Assembly (NCBI GenBank): GCA_963727445.1
Contig: CAVSGI010000006.1
Location: forward strand, 672,001 to 736,000
Direction: 5' to 3'
From: an uncultured delta proteobacterium
GTDB lineage: Bacteria > Myxococcota_A > Polyangia > Polyangiales > B10-G4
DNA length: 64,000 bases
Part shown: one piece after another, positions 55,992-64,000 of the stretch
Layout: the number at the start of each line of letters is the position of its first letter
Numbering within the stretch: position 1 is the first letter of the stretch
The notes under the pieces: model-generated
Told to the model about the DNA's origin: nothing
The model's input: only the letters and a program-made list of their open reading frames with translations
The model's database searches: none
Made by a program: the position numbers and the translations under genes

Positions 55992-57546
55992 ATGGCCGAA
56001 GCCGCGAAGAAGCCCAGCCCCGAGGAGGCCCTCGAGAAAGCGGCGGCCCTTCGGGCACGCGGTCAGCTCCACGTCTGGGCGTCCGTGATCCTGATGGCTT
56101 TCATCGTGATCGAGGTGAACTACCTGAGCCACCGTCACTTCGAGCGCTGGGACTGGACGGAGAAATCGATCTACACGCTCTCCGATCGCACCGAGGCCGA
56201 GCTCGCCGCCCTCGACCACGACGTTCAGCTCTATCTCTTTCTCTCCGAGGCCGAGCCCAACTATCCGGAGGTGCAGGAGCTCTTGACCCGCTACCGCGCC
56301 GAGACCGATCGACTCACCGTCGAGCTCGTCGATCCCGATCGCGAGCCCTCGGAGTTTCAGGTGCTGGCTCAGCGTTTCGGCATCAACGCCGGCACGACCG
56401 AGTCCGGCGAGACGATGGCCGACGTCGCGGCGGTGGTGGTGAGCGGCGACGAGAAGTGGACCATCACGCGCGACGACATGATCGGTCTCGACTTCGGCTC
56501 CCTCGAGGACGAAGAGGGCGGCCCGAAGGTCGACGTCAAAGCCGAGCAGGCGATCACGGGCGCCATCGTGCAGGTGACGGCCGGCGAGAGCACCAAGGTC
56601 TGCGCAGCGACCGGTCACGGCGAGTGGTCGAAGGACGGGACCGGCGACCGCTCGCTCTTCTCCCTCGCAGACGAGCTCCGCCGCGACAACATCGAGGTCG
56701 AGCCGGTGGAGCTCCTGGGTGCGGTCGAGGTGCCCGAGGACTGCGACGCGCTCTTCATCGTCGGCCCGGCGCGACCCTACGGCCCCGAGGAAGCCGCCGC
56801 CGTCGACCATTACCTCGAAAACGGAGGGGCGGCGCTCCTCGCCCTGCCACCGATCCTCGAGCGCGACCGGATCCTGTCGAGCGGCCTCGAGCGCGTCCTT
56901 TCGCGGTGGGGGGCCGAGGTGGATCCGAGCCTGGTGCTCGAGATGAATCCCGAAAGGCTCATCCCGCCCCCGAGCCCGCCGGGCCCCTACCTCGTCGCCG
57001 ATTGGGGTGACCACCGCACCATGGACGCGCTCGCCCGCATGGGCGGCGCCGGGCTCTTCGCCATGTCCAGGAGCGTGCGGCCGGTGGAGGGGATCGGCGG
57101 CGGCGACGCTCTTGTCGACGAGCGCCGAGAGCTGGGCGGCGATGGGCACGCTGCCGCCCGCCGACGCCCTCGAGCCGCGCTCCGGTGATCTCGAAGGTCC
57201 CGTGAGCCTCGGCGTGGCCTTCGAACGCCCGGCGCCGGAGGGCGGGGAGGCGGCCGAGGGCGCGCGCACTCACGAGGGCCGTGTGGTGGTGATCGGGAGC
57301 GCCGACTGGCTGCAGTCGATGCCGATGCGCGACCCGCGCTTCGTGAACCTGGACCTCGCGCTCGCGCTCACCGGATGGCTCACGGAGCGAGAGACGCTCA
57401 TCTCCATCGCGCCGAAGCAGATCGACGCCGAGCCGATGATGATCACCGAGGAGGACCTCGGCGCGCTCGCGATCCGCCTCTTGGGGCTCATGCCCGGCGC
57501 CATGCTCCTGCTCGGTTTCGCCATGTGGTGGTCGAGGCGATCATGA
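55992..57546 (+). CDS. GldG-like ABC auxiliary component (indel near 57100)
   Basis: DWT...YTLS, TGHGE and YL..GG. The C-terminal part (RVVVIGSAD...N.DL...WL...ISI.PK, TM, WWSRRS) is in the next frame. Confidence 0.85.
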
Positions 57547-59759
57547 GGTTCGAAGAGCGCATTCAGCGGACCACGATCCTGCTGGCCGTCGTCGCGGTGG
57601 CTTTGGCGGCGTTCATCGGCCTCTACGAGCGGGGGACGCTCTCGAGCGGCGAGCTGGCGGAGCGGCGCGGGCGGCTGCTGCCGCGCTTCGTGCGAAACCG
57701 CGTCGACAAGGTCGTGATCGACCGCGCGGAGGGACGCATCGTGCTCGAGCGCGAGCGCCAGGAAGAGGACGAGGTCGGCGAGTGGAACCTCGTCGAGCCG
57801 ATGGCCTGGCCCGCGGACATGGACGCGGTGGACACGCTCCTCGGGGCGCTCGAGTGGGCGAGCGCGCGCCGGACCCTCGAGGGCATCGACGAGGCGGATC
57901 GCGCGCGCTTCGGCTTCGACGACCCGCGCCTGACGGCGTCCTTCACCGCGGCTGATCAGGAGGTCCCGCTCACCTTCGGGGGCGAGGACGCCACCCAGAG
58001 CGGCCTCTATCTGACCCTCGACGATCCGGAGACGGCCTACGTCGTCGGTCAGGATCTCCTCGAGGCGCTCGATCACGACGCCGATCACTTCCGCGACCGC
58101 GAGCTCCTCGCGCGCTTCGGGACCAGCACCGTGAACGTTGTCGAGATCGAGGACGGCGGCGGCCGGCGCCGTGTCGTGCGCCAGGACGACCGCTTCCACC
58201 TCGAAGAGCCGGTGACGGGCTTCGCGTCCGGACCCAAGGTGCGCGAGCTCCTTCACGACCTCGGCGGGCTGACGGCGACGCGCTTCGTCGACGAATCCCC
58301 CAGGGATTTGTCCCAGTATGGCCTCGACGCGCCCTCGCGCACCGTCCACCTCGAACGCGAAGCGCTCCCCGACCAGAAGGGGTCCCTCGACATTCGCTTC
58401 GGCGCGCTCTGCGAAGGCGAAGAGGGTGAGGTGTACGTGCGCGTCGACGAAGGGCCGGTGGTCTGCGCCGCGGAGGTCGAGGCGCTCGCGGCGCCGGCCG
58501 AGGAGCTGCGCGAGTCGCGGCTCGTGACCACGGACGAGACCGAGCTCGAGCGCCTCACCATCGAGCAGGATGGAAAGACCCTGGTCCTGTCCCGCGACCC
58601 CGACGAGATGAGCTTCACACTCACCGGCGCCGGTGATGAGCCGATCGACGTCGACGAGGAAGCACTCGCCGAGTTCATGCGCGAGCTCCGGAGCGTGCGC
58701 GCCACGGGCTATCAGGAGGGCACACCGCCCTCGTCCCCATGGCTGATCCTCTCCTTCGTCGGCAGCGACGACGAGGTCGTCGAAGAGGTGCGCGTGGGAC
58801 GTCCGAGCGCCACCGGCCTGGTGGCGCAGCGCGGGGACGAGCCCGTCCTCGTGACGCTGGCGCCGGAAGCCGCCCAGGTGCTCACCATCGGAACCCTCCG
58901 CTTCCGCAGCCGCCGGCTCGTCGAAGAAGACGGAGACGAGGCGACCCTGCTGGACGTCACGAAAGACGTCCGTCAAACGATGGAGCGCGACGACCTCTCG
59001 TGGCGCATGAGCGCGCCCTTCGTCGCCGCCGCCGAGAGGCCGGTCGTCCGAGACGCCGTGCGCGAGGTGGCGAGCCTCGAGGCGGTGCGCTTCGTGTCGG
59101 AGAGCGCCACCGCGGCGCAGGGACTCGGCCGCATCCGCGCCACCGTGCGCTTCGAGACCGGCGCTGGGGACGAGGAGCACGCCCACGAAGAGGAGGGCGG
59201 CGACGAGCCCGACCGGCCCGAGCTCCGGAACGTGACCCTCGAGATCGGCGCGGATACGGACGATGGCGCCTTCGCGCGTCTCGAAGGCGACCCGGCGGTC
59301 TTCGTGGTGACCCACGCGGTGGTCGATGCGCTGTCGGCCGATTTCGTCTCGCGCAGCGTCCTCGCCACCGAGCTCGATCAGATGGCTGGGATCACCATCG
59401 AGCGCGAGGGTCTGAGCGCGACGCTCAGCAAGGAAGACGACGGATGGCACACCGCGGACGGGGGCATCGCCGATCGCGAGCGCACCCGGGCCCTGGCCGA
59501 CGCGGTCGCCTTGTTGCGGATCACGGAAGTCGCGGCCTACGGCGCGCCGCAGCCAGCCTTCGGCTTGTCCGCGCCCCGGGTGCGGGTGACCGTCCGCCGC
59601 CGCGCGTCGGCCGCGCCGCCGGAGAGCTACACGGTCGCCATCGGGGCCGAGGCGCCCGGCGAAGCCGCCCCGCGCACCTACGTCCGTCGCGAGGACCTCG
59701 CTGCCACCTTCCTCGTCCCGAGCGACCTGGTCGAGGTCTTCTCCACCTACACGCCCTGA
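57543..59759 (+). CDS. DUF4340-repeat protein of the Gld-like ABC system
   Basis: N-terminal TM helix and repeated (F/Y)G(F/L)..P modules. ATGA overlap with the GldG-like gene. Confidence 0.8.
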   Translation: MRFEERIQRTTILLAVVAVALAAFIGLYERGTLSSGELAERRGRLLPRFVRNRVDKVVIDRAEGRIVLERERQEEDEVGEWNLVEPMAWPADMDAVDTLLGALEWASARRTLEGIDEADRARFGFDDPRLTASFTAADQEVPLTFGGEDATQSGLYLTLDDPETAYVVGQDLLEALDHDADHFRDRELLARFGTSTVNVVEIEDGGGRRRVVRQDDRFHLEEPVTGFASGPKVRELLHDLGGLTATRFVDESPRDLSQYGLDAPSRTVHLEREALPDQKGSLDIRFGALCEGEEGEVYVRVDEGPVVCAAEVEALAAPAEELRESRLVTTDETELERLTIEQDGKTLVLSRDPDEMSFTLTGAGDEPIDVDEEALAEFMRELRSVRATGYQEGTPPSSPWLILSFVGSDDEVVEEVRVGRPSATGLVAQRGDEPVLVTLAPEAAQVLTIGTLRFRSRRLVEEDGDEATLLDVTKDVRQTMERDDLSWRMSAPFVAAAERPVVRDAVREVASLEAVRFVSESATAAQGLGRIRATVRFETGAGDEEHAHEEEGGDEPDRPELRNVTLEIGADTDDGAFARLEGDPAVFVVTHAVVDALSADFVSRSVLATELDQMAGITIEREGLSATLSKEDDGWHTADGGIADRERTRALADAVALLRITEVAAYGAPQPAFGLSAPRVRVTVRRRASAAPPESYTVAIGAEAPGEAAPRTYVRREDLAATFLVPSDLVEVFSTYTP

Positions 59760-59765
59760 GGATCA

Positions 59766-59863
59766 GGGGACGCAAGATTGACAATTGACTTTCTCCCGGC
59801 CCCGCACGCTTCCGCCGATCCCCTTGGCGTTAGGAGAAAGTCAATTGTCAATCTTGCGTCCCC
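59766..59863. repeat. Perfect 31-bp inverted repeat with 36-nt spacer (MITE/REP-like, possible bidirectional terminator)
   Basis: GGGGACGCAAGATTGACAATTGACTTTCTCC (59766-59796) and its exact reverse complement (59833-59863). Confidence 0.92.
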
Positions 59864-60413
59864 AAGCGCGCGCTGCCCACTCGGGGCTCACGTGTGCGCG
59901 GACGGCGCCGGCGGCCTTCTCCTGGGCGAAGCGAAGCGCGGCCATCATGGCACATTCGCCCGCGTCGAAGACGGCGGCCTGTGCGGCCTGAGTAGCCGCC
60001 ATCGGCGCAACGGCCGGATCCTCGATCGCCGCCAGCGCCGCGAGGGCGGCCTGAGCCGCCGCCTGAACCGCAGGGTCGGGTGCCTCCGCGGAGAGCGCCT
60101 CGAGAGAGGCGCGCGCCCGGGCGACCTCGACCTCGTTTGCGCTTCCCTCGCTGAAGGCGTCGGCGACTCTCAGGGCTTCCTGCGCTCGCGTCTCGTCATC
60201 GGGGAGAAAGTCGAAGGCGGTGCGCGCCGCGGCCGCGGCCGCGCGCACCACGACCGTCGTCTCGGCGCCCAGGCGCACGGCGATGCCGAGGAGCCAATCC
60301 CCGCGCGGGCACAGAGCCCAGAGCTCAGCGACCTCCTCCGGGGCCTCGCGCGCCCAGCTCACGATGTCGTGATGCGCGCCGGCTTCTTGCAGCCAATCCG
60401 CGAACTCGCTCAG
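59841..60413 (-). CDS. Hypothetical Ala-rich helical protein, Imm5-like putative immunity protein
   Basis: W..CPRGDWLL...DETRAQEALRVADAF.EG. Start is uncertain (a CTG overlaps the upstream TGA). Confidence 0.6.
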   Translation of the reverse strand: MSEFADWLQEAGAHHDIVSWAREAPEEVAELWALCPRGDWLLGIAVRLGAETTVVVRAAAAAARTAFDFLPDDETRAQEALRVADAFSEGSANEVEVARARASLEALSAEAPDPAVQAAAQAALAALAAIEDPAVAPMAATQAAQAAVFDAGECAMMAALRFAQEKAAGAVRAHVSPEWAARAWGRKIDN

Positions 60414-61045
60414 GAGTCGTCGCCCTCGGCCGCCGGCGCGGGCTCGAGCGTCTCGTGTCCGCGGTACTCGAGCAGGCCGTTGGAGATGTTGAAGCCCGTG
60501 CCGCTGATCCGCGCGAAGCGACCGCTGACTTTGACCTTGGCGCCGACGTTGAAGTCCGTCGGGATCGGAAGCATGCCCGACTCGGGATCGACCTCGAGGG
60601 GATGGCCCCGCTCCGCCGCTTCGACGGCCTCGTCGATCTGCGTCTGGTTCTCCGCGTAACCCACGACGGTCAGCCGCTTGGTCGCGTCCGACTCTTCCTG
60701 GGTGTCGGCGATCCACATGTGCGGGGCCGTGGCCGGCGGACAGTTCTCTTCATCCGGGCACTCCGGCGGCACGTAGACCTCGACGATGTAGCCAGTGACT
60801 TCGAGCTCGGTGTTGATGGTGTTCGCCAACCGATGGCGCACGCCATAGACGCTGTAGCTCGAGTCGCCGTACTGCACCGGGAACGGCGGCGGCGGCAGCG
60901 TGGGCACCGCCGGCAGGTTCGGCTGAACGTCCGGGAGTCGCTCGATGGTGAGGTCCTCCGCGGGCTGCGGTCCGCAGCCGAGGGCCCACGACGACAGGCC
61001 CGAGATCAAAGACAGCGTGGTCAGCGCGCGAAGCGTGCGATTCAT
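60410..61045 (-). CDS. Hypothetical lipoprotein
   Basis: Lipobox ALGC, a Pro-rich linker and a beta-rich domain. Confidence 0.75.
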   Translation of the reverse strand: MNRTLRALTTLSLISGLSSWALGCGPQPAEDLTIERLPDVQPNLPAVPTLPPPPFPVQYGDSSYSVYGVRHRLANTINTELEVTGYIVEVYVPPECPDEENCPPATAPHMWIADTQEESDATKRLTVVGYAENQTQIDEAVEAAERGHPLEVDPESGMLPIPTDFNVGAKVKVSGRFARISGTGFNISNGLLEYRGHETLEPAPAAEGDDS

Positions 61046-61177
61046 CGTCTAGTTCCCCGTCCTTGGCCCCGAATGGGCGCGGGTCGGACCCTAACACGGG
61101 CCGCTTTCTGAGGAGAAGTCCCAGATTCCCCCAAGAGCCGATCCGCCCGATCCGCCGCGGGAGGTCTCCGGATCGGC

Positions 61178-63571
61178 TCAATTTTCTGGGGCGGCGGCTT
61201 CACAGCGGCTCTCGTGGCGCTGGGCCTCGACGGCCGCGGCCCGAATGGCCCCCGCGGTGGTGGGGCGGGTGGCGCTCCGAATCGCCGCCTGGGCGTCCTC
61301 GCCCCCGATCTCGCCGAGGGCGCGGACCGCCAGGACCGCCGAATCCACATCGGGTGCCCAGGCGTCGGGGCGCATCCCGCGCCGCAGGACGGCGACGATG
61401 GGCTCCACCAGCTCGGGGAGACAGAGCGCGCGGGCGTACTCGAGCGCCGACTCCACCACCTCTGGCCACTCGTCCTCGTCTTCGAGGCGCGCGCGCACCT
61501 CGCTCACGGCGCCCCGGTCGCCCCCAGCGGTCAGCGCCCGCACGGCGCCCGCTCGCACCACCTGCGCCGGGTCCGTGAGCGCAGCCCTCAGGATCGGGCG
61601 CGCCTCGCGGTTGTCGGCGAGCGCTTCGGTCGCCGCGGCGCGCACCATGGGCCAAGGGTCGCGGCGCGCGAGGGTGGCGACCGCGCGCAGGGTCCCCCGC
61701 CGGCCAGCGAGGACGCGGGCGGCGGTCGCGCGAACGCGCGGGTAGGGGTCTTCGAGGGCGCGCGCGGCGGCAGCGTCGAGCGCGTCCGCGCCTCGTTCGT
61801 GAAGCGCCGCCAGCGCTTCGCCGCGGAGCATCCACTCCTCGGAATCCTCGGTGAGCGACGCGAGCCATCGATCCACCCGCGCTTCGCTCGACAGCGCCGC
61901 CGCGGCCTTGACCAGGCGGTAGCGATCTTCGAAGCGCTCGGCGCGCGGCGCAGCGGCGCTCACCAGGGCGCTCGCGAGGGGCGCGGCGCCGGGGACCGTC
62001 GAAAGGGCCAGGGCCACCGACGCCGCTGGACCGGGCGCCGCGTGCGCGCCCCAGGTGCGGAAGCGCTCGCGCACCTCCGCATCGCCGTTGCGATAGGCGC
62101 TGCGGATGGCGCGGCGCAGGGCCGCGCGCTCCGTGCCCCCTTCGGCGTCGATGGCGCGCAGGACGGCGGGCGCCGCCTCGGCGGGCGCGAGATCGGCGAG
62201 CACCACGGCCGCGGCGTCGCCGGCATCGCTCGCCACCTGGGAGAGCTCCGCCAGCGCGGGCCGCGCCGCGTCCCCGGCCGACACCAGCGCGGCCACGGCC
62301 GCCTCGCGCACCTCGGCGTCGTCGTCGGCGGCCGCCGAGACCAGCGCCTCGAGGGCCGGCGGGTGCGCGGAGTGCGCAGCGAGGATGCGGAGCGCGCGAC
62401 GGCGGCCGGTTGGGGTGAGTGTCGGCCATGCGACGAGGATCGCGTCGCGACCGACCTCGCCGGTGCGCGCGAGCAGGTCGGCTGCGCGCGCGCCGCGCGC
62501 GCCGTCGGCGACGATCTCTTCGACGAGGTGTTCGACGCCTCGTCCGAAGTCGAGGCCGGTGTAGGGGATCACGTCGGCGAGGCCGACCGCGCCCGCGGCG
62601 CCGGCGTCGTCGAGGACGATCGAGACGCAGTGCCACTCGAGGGGCTCTTCGGGGACGATCCACAGCGGCACGCCGGCAGGCGCGTCGGCGGGCACCGTGA
62701 CTTTGAAGCGTGGCCCTTCGTCCCCGACGAGCCAGAAATGAGAAGGACGCACGATGGGCGCTTGGGCGAGGACGACGGCGAACGCGTGGATGTCGCCGTC
62801 GCGACCCCGCGCCGTGGCGAACTCCCACCGGCCGGCGCCGCCGCGGCCTTCGGCCCAGTAGGTCGCGGGGTCGCCGTCGCCGAGGCCCACGGGAGGCGAC
62901 AGGAGCGTGGGATCGCTGTCGCCCCCGACGGCGCTCGACGCCTGGGTGAAAGCCAGGCCGCCCAAGAGAGGCGGGCCCTCGGGACCGGGGCTCTCGGTGC
63001 TCAGCGTGACCTCGAGCTCGGGTGCCCCCTCGGGCAGACGCCGGAGCTCCACCGGCCGAAGGGCGCCGCTCGCGGGATCGACGGCGCGCGGGTCGAGGAG
63101 CGTCGACGCCTCGCCGCAGACGCGGGTGGAGTCGAGGTAGAGCCCCACCACCACGTCGGCGACGCCATCGCCCGTGCGGTCTCCGACCTCGATCGCCCCA
63201 CGCCGGCGCTCGCCGATTTCGCCGCGCGGATCGAGGCGATCGGACCAGAGCACGACGGGCGCGCCCCGCGCTTCACTGACGAGGACGGCGGCGGAGCGCT
63301 CCGCGCCCTCGACCCGAACGACGGTGACCGAACGTCCGCCCGCCAAGGTATGCGTCTGCACGTCGCTCTCGGTCGCGTTCGGCACGCTCAGCGTTTCGCT
63401 CACGCTTCGGCCGCCCGCACGTGCACGTACCTCGGTGCCTTCGTCGTCCGTGGTGATCCGAATGCTCACACGTCGGCCGCGTCCGATCCGTCCCAACGCA
63501 TTCGTTGGAAGGTCTTGGGCGAAAGCGGTGTTGGGGGCGAGTGCGAGAGCGATGGCGAGCGCGAGCCGCAT
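61178..63571 (-). CDS. Secreted HEAT-repeat protein with N-terminal beta/discoidin-like region
   Basis: Signal peptide (AFA-Q), DGDPATYW motif and repeated D....VR..A..AL HEAT units. Confidence 0.8.
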   Translation of the reverse strand: MRLALAIALALAPNTAFAQDLPTNALGRIGRGRRVSIRITTDDEGTEVRARAGGRSVSETLSVPNATESDVQTHTLAGGRSVTVVRVEGAERSAAVLVSEARGAPVVLWSDRLDPRGEIGERRRGAIEVGDRTGDGVADVVVGLYLDSTRVCGEASTLLDPRAVDPASGALRPVELRRLPEGAPELEVTLSTESPGPEGPPLLGGLAFTQASSAVGGDSDPTLLSPPVGLGDGDPATYWAEGRGGAGRWEFATARGRDGDIHAFAVVLAQAPIVRPSHFWLVGDEGPRFKVTVPADAPAGVPLWIVPEEPLEWHCVSIVLDDAGAAGAVGLADVIPYTGLDFGRGVEHLVEEIVADGARGARAADLLARTGEVGRDAILVAWPTLTPTGRRRALRILAAHSAHPPALEALVSAAADDDAEVREAAVAALVSAGDAARPALAELSQVASDAGDAAAVVLADLAPAEAAPAVLRAIDAEGGTERAALRRAIRSAYRNGDAEVRERFRTWGAHAAPGPAASVALALSTVPGAAPLASALVSAAAPRAERFEDRYRLVKAAAALSSEARVDRWLASLTEDSEEWMLRGEALAALHERGADALDAAAARALEDPYPRVRATAARVLAGRRGTLRAVATLARRDPWPMVRAAATEALADNREARPILRAALTDPAQVVRAGAVRALTAGGDRGAVSEVRARLEDEDEWPEVVESALEYARALCLPELVEPIVAVLRRGMRPDAWAPDVDSAVLAVRALGEIGGEDAQAAIRSATRPTTAGAIRAAAVEAQRHESRCEAAAPEN

Positions 63572-63685
63572 GTCGGGCGACGGTATCCTCCTCCCCGGTG
63601 TGCAAAAAGCCCTCAGGGACAAACCGCGACATGGATGTCAGGGGTTGGGGCGGATTTGCACGGCCACGAGACTTCGGCTTGACCC

Positions 63686-63702
63686 TTGGCACGAATTGAG
63701 CT
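63686..63702 (+). promoter_or_regulatory. Sigma54 (-24/-12) promoter
   Basis: TTGGCACGAATTGAGCT has a perfect -24 box and GG-N10-GC spacing. Confidence 0.65.
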
Positions 63703-63713
63703 AGGCAGCGCGC

Positions 63714-63920
63714 CCTTCGCCACTGGCATGGCCACCTGCCTGGCGGCTCTGATAGCCACCGAGCTTTCTCACAGCCGCCGGGTGAACGGGAGGTCTTCGC
63801 CGAGAAACCGAAGGGAAGGTTGGTCGCTGCACCATCGAATGCTGGGAGCCTGGAACGCTCGTTGCTCCATCCTCGAGGCGCCTTCGCCAACCGAATCCCG
63901 GCCTCCAATCGAGGCCTGAT
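63714..63920 (+). ncRNA. Candidate structured RNA or 5' leader downstream of the sigma54 promoter
   Basis: Three hairpins paired by eye (63739-63782, 63818-63892, 63900-63916) and no convincing ORF. Confidence 0.3.
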
Positions 63921-64000
63921 CCAGGAGCGATTTCCACGTCATAGGCCGCGAAACGTGAGAAGTCGCTCATCGACCCAGACCGCCCCTGCAAAAGTCACCA

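Noticed and set aside
54063..59759. Bacteroidetes-type gliding machinery
   Set aside because: GldA/F/G-like ABC systems with DUF4340 are widespread outside gliding Bacteroidetes, and no T9SS or gldK-N genes are present here.
63890..63910. tRNA/tmRNA 3'-end-like string CGAATCCCGGCCTCCA (possible att site)
   Set aside because: It lacks the GTTCGA T-loop and any cloverleaf, and no integrase is nearby.

Overview
GC-rich (about 70%) chromosomal window, most likely from a Myxococcota/Polyangiales-type bacterium (inferred from romR, many Cys-rich lipoproteins, an FHA-GGDEF protein and an AgmX/PglI-like anti-sigma). It is mostly housekeeping and envelope genes (dusB, MltD-like transglycosylase, ffh, polA, valS, trmB, ogt, Gld-like ABC system). 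I saw no tRNA, rRNA, CRISPR, integrase or transposase. Many genes at 13-31 kb, plus ~44.3 kb and ~57.1 kb, carry indels, including the essential ffh and polA, which points to long-read assembly errors rather than pseudogenes. Highlights: (1) a compact ~10 kb putative oxygen/hypoxia-response island (5.6-15.6 kb) with a globin-coupled kinase, a sigma54 activator, an RpoH-like sigma, a CBS-hemerythrin fusion, USPs, a CBS protein and a P-type ATPase, where sigma54 promoters and a shared CGCA-N5-TGC(G/A) enhancer motif can be read from the DNA; (2) a 3 x 138-bp structured tandem array that starts inside the last codons of an RRM RNA-binding protein gene; (3) a perfect 31-bp AT-rich inverted repeat that supplies a gene's C-terminus; (4) a sigma54 promoter followed by three predicted stem-loops at the window end (candidate ncRNA or leader); (5) an unlisted 58-aa CxxC-CxxC protein between ffh and polA.
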